A stretch of 64,000 bases of DNA from Thermoplasmata archaeon (GTDB taxonomy: Archaea; Thermoplasmatota; Thermoplasmata; Thermoplasmatales; Thermoplasmataceae), in contig JAJZJZ010000001.1 of assembly GCA_021809755.1 (NCBI GenBank), positions 24,204 to 88,203 on the forward strand, written 5' to 3'. Of this stretch, positions 28,695 through 38,349 are shown piece by piece. The notes below the pieces were generated by a model. The model was not told where the DNA came from and did no database searches. It saw only the letters and a program-made list of their open reading frames with translations. A program made the position numbers and the translations under genes. Numbering within the stretch: the first letter of the stretch is position 1; the number at the start of each line of letters is the position of its first letter.

Positions 28695-29105
28695 TTTTAT
28701 TACTCAACTAAATTTTTATTCCAAAACAAATTTTCATTTATTTTTTTGGTTAAATATTTGTTTAACACTTCATTTTAGAAATGTTTTAATTTAACTGTTA
28801 TTGTGAGTGTTACAAAGGATCAATCTTAAAGAATTATAAACAATAATTTGGAGTTATCAATTCTTATAATATCTGGAGTGAAAAAGACCTTGGAACGTAA
28901 TGTGAACAGAAATAAACTATATGTTCCCTGAAATTTCAAGAATATTGTATTATTAGAGAACGGGTTTTGCCTGGCAAACAGACTAAATTTTTTTAGAGGC
29001 ATATCTTTCGAATGTTATATACATTAAATTTAATAGGTTATTTTCTTTGTTCTACCCTGAAAGGAGAGAGAGTTAATTAAATATACGAGATAGAAGGTTA
29101 AAACC

Positions 29106-29519
29106 ATGAAACGAAACTATGAATTATTAGAGCAAACCTCGGATATACGCATCAGAATTTTTGGAGATAATTTAGAGAATATTATTCTCAATGGTATCAA
29201 AGCTTTCAATGAGGTAGTATATAGTGGTCAGATTAAGAAATATCAAAAAATATTACAGTTTGAACTGAGATTTGACCGAGAAGATTTGATGATAGTTAAT
29301 GTCTTTTCTTGGTTGATTCTTCAATTAGATTCTTATAATGTTCTTATAAATCCAATTGAAATTTTGGAAAATAAAGAAGAACGAATTTTAACTATTAATT
29401 ATACCAAGTTTATCCCTCTCAAAGTTGCATATTTTAATTTTGTTCCCAAAGGTGCAACCTATAATGAAGTTATTTTCAATGTCGTGGAAGGATATGCAGA
29501 AATAACTATCGACACATGA
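29106..29519 (+). CDS. archease-like protein (divergent)
   Basis: 137 aa. YELLEQTSDIRIRIFGDNLENIILNGIKAFNEVV parallels the archease N-terminus (FE..EHTAD...A.G.tlEe.F..aa.A). C-terminal KGATYNEVIFNVVEGYAEITIDT parallels the conserved VKAvTYH...v..D end. Confidence 0.55.
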   Translation: MKRNYELLEQTSDIRIRIFGDNLENIILNGIKAFNEVVYSGQIKKYQKILQFELRFDREDLMIVNVFSWLILQLDSYNVLINPIEILENKEERILTINYTKFIPLKVAYFNFVPKGATYNEVIFNVVEGYAEITIDT

Positions 29520-29567
29520 ATTGCTAAAAACTCATAATTCTTAATATATAATTAAATATAAGGGCTG

Positions 29568-30113
29568 ATGGTAGATTTAGTTCCTAAAAAATTGTTCTTT
29601 ACCCGAGGTGTCGGTAGAGGACATAGTATGTTGATGTCTTTTGAAGAAGCGCTTAGGGATGGAGGGATAGCTCAATTCAATTTGGTTAGCGTAAGTTCTA
29701 TATTTCCTCCACATGCCGAGGCAATCTCCAGAGAGGAAGGCCTTAAACTATTGAACCCCGGACAGATACTCTTCACAGTGTTAGCCAGAAATTCCAGTGA
29801 TGAATTGAATAGAATGATTTCTGCAGCAATAGGATACGCAATTCCTACAGACAGAAGCAAATGGGGGTATCTAAGTGAACACCACAGTTATGGAGAAACT
29901 GAACATGGTGCTGGATTTTTTGCAGAGAAACTAGCTGCTGAAATGCTAGCCAGCACAACTGGTATGCAGAATGATCTCACATGGGATCAGGAAAAGGAAG
30001 AATATGTCCTTAAGGATAAGATATTGACTACAAAAAATATATGCTCAACAGCCGTAGTTATGAAGGGTGGGGAATGGACCACCGTAATTTCAGCGGCTGT
30101 TCTCATCGTGTGA
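29568..30113 (+). CDS. pdaD: pyruvoyl-dependent arginine decarboxylase
   Basis: [44 protein letters not shown] closely follows the PdaD N-terminal signature, including the self-cleavage serine region. Confidence 0.9.
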   Translation: MVDLVPKKLFFTRGVGRGHSMLMSFEEALRDGGIAQFNLVSVSSIFPPHAEAISREEGLKLLNPGQILFTVLARNSSDELNRMISAAIGYAIPTDRSKWGYLSEHHSYGETEHGAGFFAEKLAAEMLASTTGMQNDLTWDQEKEEYVLKDKILTTKNICSTAVVMKGGEWTTVISAAVLIV

Positions 30114-30118
30114 GGGAA

Positions 30119-32812
30119 ATGGATCCGGTTGAGATATATTGGCAGGAGCAGTGGAAAAAAGACAGTGTATTTGAAGCAAAACCTGATAATCGTAAAAAAT
30201 ATCTTTTAACTGTTCCATGGCCATATACTAGCGGCCCATTACATGCGGGGCATGCAAGGACATATTCAATTGCAGATTTTATTGCACGCTATAAGAGGCT
30301 AACTGGATTTAATGTAATGTATCCAATGGGTTTTCATGAGAGCGGAACACCAATTCTTGCAATCTCGCAGAGAATCAGAAGAGGAGATCAGACTGCCATT
30401 GATCTTTACAGGAAATATATCGGAGAATACGAGCCTTCTCAAAATATTTCTTCTATTATTGACACGTTTAAGGATCAGGAAAAACTGGCCGGCTATTTTG
30501 CAGAAAAAATCAGAAAAGATTTCGATTCACTCGGATTTTCAATTGACTGGTCAAGGGAATTTAAATCTGTTGAACCTGTATACAAAGATGTTGTTTCATG
30601 GCAATTCAGAAAGCTCCATGATCTTGGTTACATTACTCAGGGAAGATACCCTATACTTTATAATTCAGATGAAGAAAGCGCAGTTGGAGAAGATGACATA
30701 GAGGATGGGGATACAGATAAGGTCAGCATAGAGGAATTCACTAGCATAATTTTTGAAGGTGAAGAGTTTTCTCTTGCAGCATCCACATTAAGACCTGAGA
30801 CTTTACCAGGAGTTGTCAATTTATGGATCTCAAATGAAGAGAAATATGTACTTTGCACTCTCAATTCCAGAAAGATTGTCGTATCGATTTCAGCTAAGGA
30901 AAAACTATCTAGGCAGGAAAACAATATTAGTGAATTAGAACCAATTTCCGTGGAGAAAATTATATCTAATTCCTTTAGGAATCCATTTAATGGTGAAATC
31001 TTACGAGTTTATTCAGCGGATTTCGTTGATCCTAACAATGCAACGGGAGTTGTCGCATCGGTTCCAAGTAATTCAATTATAGACTTTCTAGAATGCAAAA
31101 AACTTGGCATCAATTACGAACAAAGGAAGTTTATCAAGGTAGGGGATAATTATTCATCCGCAGAAAGTTTTTTGAAAATACATAAAGTAGATCTCTCCGA
31201 TCCTGAAGCAATTGCCAGAGCTAACTCAGAATTATACAAAATAGAGTTCTACGAAGGTGTAATGGACTATCCCGAGTTTAAAGGAAAAAAGGTTTCTAAA
31301 GCGAGAGAAGAAATAGGAAACACTCTTAAAACAAAGAATAGTGCTTTTATCATTTATGAAACTTCACGCAAGGCAAGAACCAGATCAGGAAGTCCGGTGA
31401 CAATTGCTGTGTTTAGTAATCAGTGGTTTCTCGATTATTCAAACAGCAATTGGAAGATAAAGGCACATAAAACTGTTCAAAACATGAATTTCTATCCGGC
31501 ACATTATAAAAACGGGATGAACGAAGTTATAGACTGGTTAAAAGAAAGACCGTGTGCACGTATGAGAGGATTAGGAACACAGTTACCTTTTGATGATAAG
31601 TGGATTATTGAATCACTTTCAGATTCCACAATATATCCTGCGGTTTATACATGCATTGACTCCCTTAGAAGGATCTACGAAGAAAAAGGCGGAGTTGATG
31701 ATCAAACTCTCGATTTTATTTTTACGGACTTTGGAAAATCATCAGATGAAATGGCTATAAAAGCCAGAGAATGGTTCAGATATTGGTATGGCGTTGATTT
31801 GAGAATAACGGCATTTCCACATTTTACAAATCATCTTGCTTTCTACATTATGAATCACAGCGCCCTGCTTCCTGAATTTGCCCAACCCGGTGGAATAATG
31901 ATTGCTGGCACCATGATATCAAACGGGAAGAAAATATCAAAAAGCAAGGGCAACTCAATATCACTTCTTCAGATAGCATCTAATTTTGGGGCAGATCTTT
32001 TCAGACTTTATGTAGCGGTAACTTCAGATCCCACATCGGTAGTAGACTGGAACGAAGAAGACGTTTCAGTGGTAGGATCACGATTTTCAGAACTCAAAAA
32101 TCTGATCACAGAGGTCGTAGATAGTGGAATACAGAATCAAAGTGGAATATCAGATTGGTTTTGTCAGAGCTTTTATCTTCACCTTAAAAAATACAGGGAA
32201 AGCATGGAAGCTATGAATATAAGACTTGGATTTATTGAAATATTCTATGGAGTTCTTAACGACATTTCAAAGTTAAAATTCAGAGGTATCAATCCGACTG
32301 CTTCCATTAGAGTAATAATAAAACCATGGCTCAAGGCATTGTCGCCGGTAATATGCCATTTCACAGAAGAAATGTGGCACAAACTGGGAAATAAAACTTA
32401 TATTTCCAGTGAAATGTTCACAGAGGATGAAATGAAAGAACCTCAAATGGGGCCAATAGAGGATGAAATTTATCTTGAAAATATTGTGTCGGATATTAGG
32501 GAAGTAATTAAGGTGACAAAGAAAAACCCAGAAGAAATTCGAATAATTGTGTGTAGTTCTGAAAAAGCATCATTAGTTGGAAAAATACTCAATGGTAAGG
32601 AAATAGAACAGAGTATGAAATGGGTCATACCGTTGGTAATGAAAAACAGAAAATTCATTAAAAATGACATAAATGAAAGGAAAATCCTTTTTGATTCCAC
32701 GAGCTATCTTTCACAAATATTTTCGTGCAGGTTCGTTATTACAGATGATGAGGATGAAGGCGATAAGAGAAGAATACCTCTTCCCGGAAAGCCTTTGATT
32801 AAACTTTTGTAG
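30119..32812 (+). CDS. leuS: leucine--tRNA ligase (archaeal type)
   Basis: HIGH-type PYTSGPLHAGHARTY and KMSKS-type KISKSKGN. Start taken as ATG 30119 (MDPVEIYWQEQW), 5 nt after the pdaD stop. Confidence 0.9.
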   Translation: MDPVEIYWQEQWKKDSVFEAKPDNRKKYLLTVPWPYTSGPLHAGHARTYSIADFIARYKRLTGFNVMYPMGFHESGTPILAISQRIRRGDQTAIDLYRKYIGEYEPSQNISSIIDTFKDQEKLAGYFAEKIRKDFDSLGFSIDWSREFKSVEPVYKDVVSWQFRKLHDLGYITQGRYPILYNSDEESAVGEDDIEDGDTDKVSIEEFTSIIFEGEEFSLAASTLRPETLPGVVNLWISNEEKYVLCTLNSRKIVVSISAKEKLSRQENNISELEPISVEKIISNSFRNPFNGEILRVYSADFVDPNNATGVVASVPSNSIIDFLECKKLGINYEQRKFIKVGDNYSSAESFLKIHKVDLSDPEAIARANSELYKIEFYEGVMDYPEFKGKKVSKAREEIGNTLKTKNSAFIIYETSRKARTRSGSPVTIAVFSNQWFLDYSNSNWKIKAHKTVQNMNFYPAHYKNGMNEVIDWLKERPCARMRGLGTQLPFDDKWIIESLSDSTIYPAVYTCIDSLRRIYEEKGGVDDQTLDFIFTDFGKSSDEMAIKAREWFRYWYGVDLRITAFPHFTNHLAFYIMNHSALLPEFAQPGGIMIAGTMISNGKKISKSKGNSISLLQIASNFGADLFRLYVAVTSDPTSVVDWNEEDVSVVGSRFSELKNLITEVVDSGIQNQSGISDWFCQSFYLHLKKYRESMEAMNIRLGFIEIFYGVLNDISKLKFRGINPTASIRVIIKPWLKALSPVICHFTEEMWHKLGNKTYISSEMFTEDEMKEPQMGPIEDEIYLENIVSDIREVIKVTKKNPEEIRIIVCSSEKASLVGKILNGKEIEQSMKWVIPLVMKNRKFIKNDINERKILFDSTSYLSQIFSCRFVITDDEDEGDKRRIPLPGKPLIKLL

Positions 32813-32822
32813 GGTGGTATAA

Positions 32823-34763
32823 ATGGTAGATGAAATAGAAGAGTTGGTAAAATATTCCAGATTATTGGGAAAGGATAAGAATCTAGTTCTTCACGGCGGA
32901 GGAAACACTTCAGTAAAGGTGATGGAAAAGGTTCATACTGGGAGAACAATAGAAGTGCTGAGAGTAAAGGGGAGCGGATCGGATCTCGCCACTATAGACA
33001 AGGCAGGATTCACAGGATTGAGGATGGAAGACCTGCTCCAGGCAAAATCAAAGGCATCAATGTCAGATTTTGAAATGATGTCTTATCTCAAAAAAAGCTG
33101 TGTTGATCCATCGGAACCATCACCATCAGTGGAATCATTTCTCCATGCCTTTATCAGCAGGAAATATGTTTTGCATAGTCACTCAGATGCAATATTATCA
33201 ATTACCAACACGGAGTTTACTCAAGAAGAAATAGAAAAAATTCTTCCAAATGTAATGGTTGTTCCATACATCCCACCCGGTTTCAAACTGGCAAAGAATA
33301 TACTCGATAAAGTGGAGAATATGAATGAAAATGTAAAGGGGTTGGTTCTTTCTAGACATGGTTTGTTTACATTTTCAGATTCTGCAGAAGAAGCTTACAA
33401 CAATCATTTATCTATTGTCGAGGCAGCTAATAAATATATTATGGAAAAGGCTGGTCCAAGGAGCCTGAAACAGGTATTTGATCACAACGATTCATTGGAG
33501 GAATATCTACCTCTTATTCGGGGCTTAGTCTCAAGAAACATAAAAAAAATTCTCGAAATAGACACATCTGCTGAGGCAAAAGAAATTGCATGTTCCGCTG
33601 AGGCTGAAAAGTTCCAAAAGTCAGGACCTGCAACTCCGGATATGCTCATCAGAACCAAATATAATTATCTCTATTTGTCCGACTTTCAAAATATAGAACA
33701 AAAAATACTTTCCTTTGTTGATGAATATAAAAAAGAATATGAAACATACGTTAAAGATTTTCCAATGCATGATCCATATCCTACAATCATAATAGCCAGA
33801 GGTTATGGTATTATTACTGCTGGAAAGAATTCTAAGGAAGCACACATAGTAATGGATCAGATTAAACACAGTGTTTATGTGAATTGGGCTGCATCAAGGA
33901 TCAGCAAACAGCACTTTATTACCAGGGCAGAGGCATATGAAATGGAATATTGGCCACTGGAAGAGGCTAAACTGAAAAAGGATAAACCAAAGCTTCTCGA
34001 AGGATCAGTGTCCATAGTCACCGGTGCAGCCAGTGGAATAGGACTTGAAACTTTTCGAGTACTTTCAAGAAACGGATCTGTAGTGGTTGCAGTTGATCTA
34101 GACCAAAATCTTGGAAACATTAGTAACGATATTTCAAAGGAAACTGGATCAGTCAGCTTTCCCGTCGTTATAGATCTCGGAAATGATGCTGCAATTCAGA
34201 ATGCTTTCAAAGAAATAGTTAAGAAGTTTGGAGGCGTAGACATTGTTTTTAACAATGCGGGCGTTTTAAAATCTGAGATCATAGAAAATATTTCTGTGGA
34301 AACACTTGATCTTCATTATAGAATTAATGGTAGAGCTCCTTTTCTTGTATCGAGGGAGGCCTTTAAAATCATGAAGAAGCAGGGTATCGGTGGAAATATC
34401 ATCTTCAACATCTCCAAAAATCTAACACATCCAGGCCCCGGTATGGCTAGCTACGGTTCATCAAAGGCTTTTGCTGCACAAATGTGCCACTACTTCGCAA
34501 AAGAAGGAGGAAGATTTGGGATTCGGGCTAATATCATAAATCCTGACAAGATATTCAAAGGATCCAAAATATGGGAAAATGGAGTGCTTGAAGCCAGGGC
34601 AAAGGCAAAGGGACAGACAGTTGAGGAGTACAAAACTCAAAACCTTCTAAAAAAGGAAGTTCTCCCGGAGCACGTAGCCAACATGGTTCTTGCAATGGTT
34701 AATGACCATATCTTTGGTGCAACAACCGATTGCATGGTGCCCGTTGATGGAGGCATAATCTGA
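32823..34763 (+). CDS. bifunctional class II aldolase/adducin-domain + short-chain dehydrogenase protein (rhamnulose-1-phosphate aldolase/alcohol dehydrogenase-like)
   Basis: N-terminal LHGGGNTSVK motif of this fusion family. C-terminal SDR with VTGAASGIGLET and YGSSKAF (YxxxK). Confidence 0.75.
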   Translation: MVDEIEELVKYSRLLGKDKNLVLHGGGNTSVKVMEKVHTGRTIEVLRVKGSGSDLATIDKAGFTGLRMEDLLQAKSKASMSDFEMMSYLKKSCVDPSEPSPSVESFLHAFISRKYVLHSHSDAILSITNTEFTQEEIEKILPNVMVVPYIPPGFKLAKNILDKVENMNENVKGLVLSRHGLFTFSDSAEEAYNNHLSIVEAANKYIMEKAGPRSLKQVFDHNDSLEEYLPLIRGLVSRNIKKILEIDTSAEAKEIACSAEAEKFQKSGPATPDMLIRTKYNYLYLSDFQNIEQKILSFVDEYKKEYETYVKDFPMHDPYPTIIIARGYGIITAGKNSKEAHIVMDQIKHSVYVNWAASRISKQHFITRAEAYEMEYWPLEEAKLKKDKPKLLEGSVSIVTGAASGIGLETFRVLSRNGSVVVAVDLDQNLGNISNDISKETGSVSFPVVIDLGNDAAIQNAFKEIVKKFGGVDIVFNNAGVLKSEIIENISVETLDLHYRINGRAPFLVSREAFKIMKKQGIGGNIIFNISKNLTHPGPGMASYGSSKAFAAQMCHYFAKEGGRFGIRANIINPDKIFKGSKIWENGVLEARAKAKGQTVEEYKTQNLLKKEVLPEHVANMVLAMVNDHIFGATTDCMVPVDGGII

Positions 34764-35741
34764 TTATTTTTTCCTCTTGGGTTTAATGAAGTGAGAAAGT
34801 ACTGCTTGGGCAGTTATATTCACTCCAAATTCTCTGAACTCCTTCATTGCGGTTCTAGCAAATCTAATGTTGTTTATGGTCATGGTCTTTCCCTCCTGAA
34901 GATTCTTTACCAGCAAGTGTAATCCGTAATATCTCCCAAATTCTTTTCTTATTTTTTCACCATATTTTTCAAACAGCATAGGAATATCATCATATGTCTT
35001 GGCACACTCTATGAATAATTCTGCGGATTTAAGAGACGGAACAATACCTTCTCCTGTTATTGGTGATACACAACCGATGGCTTCTCCGATGCCCAGGATA
35101 TTTTCCTTGGACATGTTTTCGAACAGAGGCTTAAGCCTTATCCTCCTCCCTGTTACAAGAATCTTATGGTATGAGTCAATTCGTCTCAGGTTCTCCACCT
35201 GATCCAATCCTCCAGCACCCACATGATATCTGTCTCCCATTGGAAATTCCCAAAAATAGCCTCTGGCTTTACTATAAAAGTTAAAGTAGAATGATTTATG
35301 ATGTGCATTATCTGTGAGATATTCAATGGCCCCCATGGAATAATCATCTGAAGATTGACCTAGAAGGGCTCTTGATATGCCGGAACAGTCAAGAGATACT
35401 CCATTACTATAATTCGGCATACTTTTCATTATCTTGAGGTCTTTGATCATATCATGCTCAAACCTGTTTTTATCAAAGGTGCAGAGTCCTAAACTCTTGA
35501 AAGTGTGTTCAGCAAAATTATCTCCAGCTACAATAACATCATCTGCTCTCGAAATAACATAATCGTCAAAATTCATTCCTGCGAGCTTGCAGTACTCTTC
35601 TATCTTCCTTTCATTGGTAGCGTATCCGCAGGGTATGTAGTAATCCGGTCTCTTAACGTCGTATGCATTAACAGTAAACCCAAGATCGGTTAACCTTCTG
35701 AAAAGATATGATCCGGAAACACCAAGCCCACAAATGTTCAT
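34764..35741 (-). CDS. FAD-dependent oxidoreductase, geranylgeranyl reductase family (short form)
   Basis: N-terminal dinucleotide fold ICGLGVSGSY, PCGYA (PCGG-like), YFWEFP (YxWxFP), GIGEAIGCVSPITGEGI (GEA.G...P..GEGI). Confidence 0.55.
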   Translation of the reverse strand: MNICGLGVSGSYLFRRLTDLGFTVNAYDVKRPDYYIPCGYATNERKIEEYCKLAGMNFDDYVISRADDVIVAGDNFAEHTFKSLGLCTFDKNRFEHDMIKDLKIMKSMPNYSNGVSLDCSGISRALLGQSSDDYSMGAIEYLTDNAHHKSFYFNFYSKARGYFWEFPMGDRYHVGAGGLDQVENLRRIDSYHKILVTGRRIRLKPLFENMSKENILGIGEAIGCVSPITGEGIVPSLKSAELFIECAKTYDDIPMLFEKYGEKIRKEFGRYYGLHLLVKNLQEGKTMTINNIRFARTAMKEFREFGVNITAQAVLSHFIKPKRKK

Positions 35742-35787
35742 AGAAAGGGTAAAAGCTAAAGATTAAATTACATTTCCATTAAGTTGT

Positions 35788-36579
35788 ATGGAAATTCTTG
35801 AAGACACTCAATTAAAGGCATATCTCATAAAATTCTCATACTTTGGCACTGACTTTGAAGGTTTTTCACTTAGTAATAGCCAAAGAAGCGTGGAGGCAGT
35901 GATTCAGCATTGTCTCTTACAAAATAATATTTCCACGGCCCTTAAAACCTCTTCAAGAACCGATAAGTTTGTGTCTGCAATTTCAAACTGTATGTATATT
36001 GAATCAAAGTTTCGTATTTCAAAGATATTGGGAATATTGAATGCAGAAATTCCTGAGATGGTTTTTCACTCATGGGCAGAAGTTGAACGCGGATTCAATC
36101 CCAGACATACCAGCAAAAAGTCATATGTTTACCTGATAAAGATTAACATAGAAAAACGGGAGGCAATAAAAAAAATATTATTGAAATTTGAAGGTACCCA
36201 CGATTTCAGAAACTTTTGCAAAGTCGACACAAGAAACACAATAAGGACAATAGATCGCATTGAGTTCACAGAAACTAATGAATTCCTAATTGCCACAATC
36301 ACTGCGAAAAGTTTCATCTGGCAACAAATAAGGTTTATCGTTGGTTACGCAAATGATCAATGTGGATTAAATGAAGAAGATCCATTTTCTGATAATATAT
36401 CAAGACCTGTACCAGCTTTACCGCATTTCCTCTTTTTGAAGGATATATATTTTGATGGAATTACTTTCAATACTCGTTTCCCGAGACATAAAAAGAAGAT
36501 CAATTATAGGATGGATTTATCCTATTTTTCATACTATTTCTTCAAAGAACTTCAAAACGGATATAAAGATGCTAACTGA
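35788..36579 (+). CDS. truA: tRNA pseudouridine(38-40) synthase TruA
   Basis: Catalytic region SSRTDKFVSA (RTD) and EGTHDFRNFC motif. 263 aa. Confidence 0.8.
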   Translation: MEILEDTQLKAYLIKFSYFGTDFEGFSLSNSQRSVEAVIQHCLLQNNISTALKTSSRTDKFVSAISNCMYIESKFRISKILGILNAEIPEMVFHSWAEVERGFNPRHTSKKSYVYLIKINIEKREAIKKILLKFEGTHDFRNFCKVDTRNTIRTIDRIEFTETNEFLIATITAKSFIWQQIRFIVGYANDQCGLNEEDPFSDNISRPVPALPHFLFLKDIYFDGITFNTRFPRHKKKINYRMDLSYFSYYFFKELQNGYKDAN

Positions 36580-36587
36580 AAAATCAA

Positions 36588-37121
36588 TTATTTTTTTTCC
36601 TCTTTCCTGTTCTGTTCCATGAGTTCCTTTAATCTGCTAAGTTCCAGTTTATCAAGTTCTGCCCACCGGCTTTCAAGATGAGAGATCAAGTCATCTATCT
36701 CAGTATTGATTACTTTTCTTTGAATCTTCTTTTCAGTATTCCAGTGAATTCTGTGTGCTTCCTCTCGGAATTTTCTATGATCTCTTGATGATGTTGATGG
36801 ATTTGCATGAGGAGTTGAAGCCAGTAACTTTGATTCAAGCTTTTCTCTTTCTTCTCTGATTTCCTGCTGTTTGGCCCTAATGGACTCATCCCTTTCCTTT
36901 ACTTCAAGGAGCAATTTCTCGACCTTCTGGATCATTTCCTCAAGGTATTTCCTACCTTCTTTATATTCCAGAGCTTCTAATATGCTTTTTTCAAGAAATT
37001 CTTCATCTGTCTGCGCAGGATCTTTGATTGTATCTATAAGGTTACGAAGGTTTTCTTTGAATTTCAAATTTGAAGTTGAAGAGGATTTATCAGGATCCTC
37101 CACTTGGTTCAATATTATCAC
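36588..37121 (-). CDS. highly charged coiled-coil protein, function unknown, coupled to the actin-like gene
   Basis: 177 aa with heptad-like charged repeats (EEMIQKVEKLLLEVKERDESIRAKQQEIREEREKLESKLL; WAELDKLELSRLKELMEQNRKEEKK). Starts 8 nt after the upstream stop. Confidence 0.5.
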   Translation of the reverse strand: MIILNQVEDPDKSSSTSNLKFKENLRNLIDTIKDPAQTDEEFLEKSILEALEYKEGRKYLEEMIQKVEKLLLEVKERDESIRAKQQEIREEREKLESKLLASTPHANPSTSSRDHRKFREEAHRIHWNTEKKIQRKVINTEIDDLISHLESRWAELDKLELSRLKELMEQNRKEEKK

Positions 37122-37129
37122 TTTCCAGT

Positions 37130-38119
37130 TTAACTCTCCGATCTTTGGGCCGCATCTTTATACCCAAGACAGTTGGCATATTGAACATCCTCATCTGGGA
37201 TCTTTATGAGAAAACCCGGAGCTAATTCTTCAAGTTTATCGCCAATAAGTGATGCTCCTCCTCCCACTGGGATAATTGCAACAAGTCTGTCAAGATCTGC
37301 TCTAAGATTTGCTCTTAGACTGTCAAGAACCTTCGAGGTCAGCTGGTTAAGTATGGGTTCTGCAACCTGTGGTCCTCCAAATCTTTTCTGTTTAAAAGTT
37401 ACAACGCGGGATAGTGCTTCTCTGGCAATATCTGTTGGTATTACGAAACCGGTCTCCTTGGCAATAAGTCTTCCCAACTGTGAAACTGCATCTCCAATAC
37501 CACTCTCAATACTGAAACAGAGATCCACTACCGGTTCCATATTTTTAAGGTTGACCGTCAAAACATCAGTAGTTCGCGAACCAATATCGACCACGACACC
37601 AAATCCCGGCTGTTTCTCAATCATTCCCTTTGACAGCAAATATAAAGCTGCTCCAACACCCTGTGGTCTCATTATCATTCTCTTTATTGTTATATTCCTG
37701 ACTTCCCCTGAAGAAGATTCTATTTTTAGGGTCTTTCCTTCCAGATATTCCTTTGATGCCAGCAGTTCCTGATTAAACCTACCTAGAGGTGTACCACTCC
37801 CAATGACAAGATCAACCGGCTCTCCATTTCTCCCCACACCTGCAAGCCAAATCGCTGCCCCTATGAGCGGTAACGAATCATCGTGTGCCAACCTTCCGTC
37901 CCCAAGAGGTTCCCTTATATTAGAACCAGCTGCATCCTCACCAAAGATAAACGATTCTCCGCCATTTACTCTCAAAACTGTCATTGAACCGCCAATACCC
38001 CATTGTTCAACCATGTATGGGGACCATCTTGAAGGGAATTTTATCTTTTCATTATTATTGCTCACAACTTTTGTATCTCCATACCCAAGGTCAATTCCTA
38101 TAATTTCTGATACCATCAC
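37130..38119 (-). CDS. actin-fold ATPase, Ta0583/ParM-like archaeal actin homologue
   Basis: Phosphate-1 IGIDLGYGDTKVV, phosphate-2 VVVDIGSRTTDVL, adenosine motif IIPVGGGASLIG. About 328 aa. Codon 1 is GTG (38119) and codon 2 is ATG (38116), the likelier start. Confidence 0.8.
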   Translation of the reverse strand: MMVSEIIGIDLGYGDTKVVSNNNEKIKFPSRWSPYMVEQWGIGGSMTVLRVNGGESFIFGEDAAGSNIREPLGDGRLAHDDSLPLIGAAIWLAGVGRNGEPVDLVIGSGTPLGRFNQELLASKEYLEGKTLKIESSSGEVRNITIKRMIMRPQGVGAALYLLSKGMIEKQPGFGVVVDIGSRTTDVLTVNLKNMEPVVDLCFSIESGIGDAVSQLGRLIAKETGFVIPTDIAREALSRVVTFKQKRFGGPQVAEPILNQLTSKVLDSLRANLRADLDRLVAIIPVGGGASLIGDKLEELAPGFLIKIPDEDVQYANCLGYKDAAQRSES

Positions 38120-38130
38120 ATTTCACCTTT

Positions 38131-38154
38131 TGCATTGACTAATTGACCAATGCA
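38131..38154. promoter_or_regulatory. inverted repeat TGCATTG-N10-CAATGCA upstream of the actin-like gene
   Basis: Read directly: arms at 38131-38137 and 38148-38154. The spacer contains TTGAC twice (38135-38139, 38143-38147). It begins 12 nt upstream of GTG 38119. Confidence 0.35.
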
Positions 38155-38231
38155 GTGATATACAATAGCATACACGGTTATTATATGTTTTGATCTGAAT
38201 GGTTTGCATGTTCCATTTCGCATTGACTAAT
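38132..38231. repeat. 12-nt perfect direct repeat GCATTGACTAAT (38132-38143 and 38220-38231)
   Basis: Read directly. The two copies are 88 bp apart in the 230-bp divergent intergenic region between the actin-like gene and the SDR gene. Flanks are partly similar (CCTTTT / CCATTTC). Confidence 0.5.
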
Positions 38232-38349
38232 ATTAATATTATAAGGGTAAACTGTTAACTAGAAAAACAAGGTCGTTTATAAAAGATTTCATGACGTTAA
38301 ATTATTTTTGAAATGAAAGGGTTTAATTTGAATAGCGAAATAAACACTT

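Noticed and set aside
30041-30118. Upstream extension of leuS (start 30041) overlapping pdaD by 73 nt
   Set aside because: The extension ([26 protein letters not shown]) is the out-of-frame reading of the pdaD 3' end. The conserved LeuRS N-terminus begins at ATG 30119.
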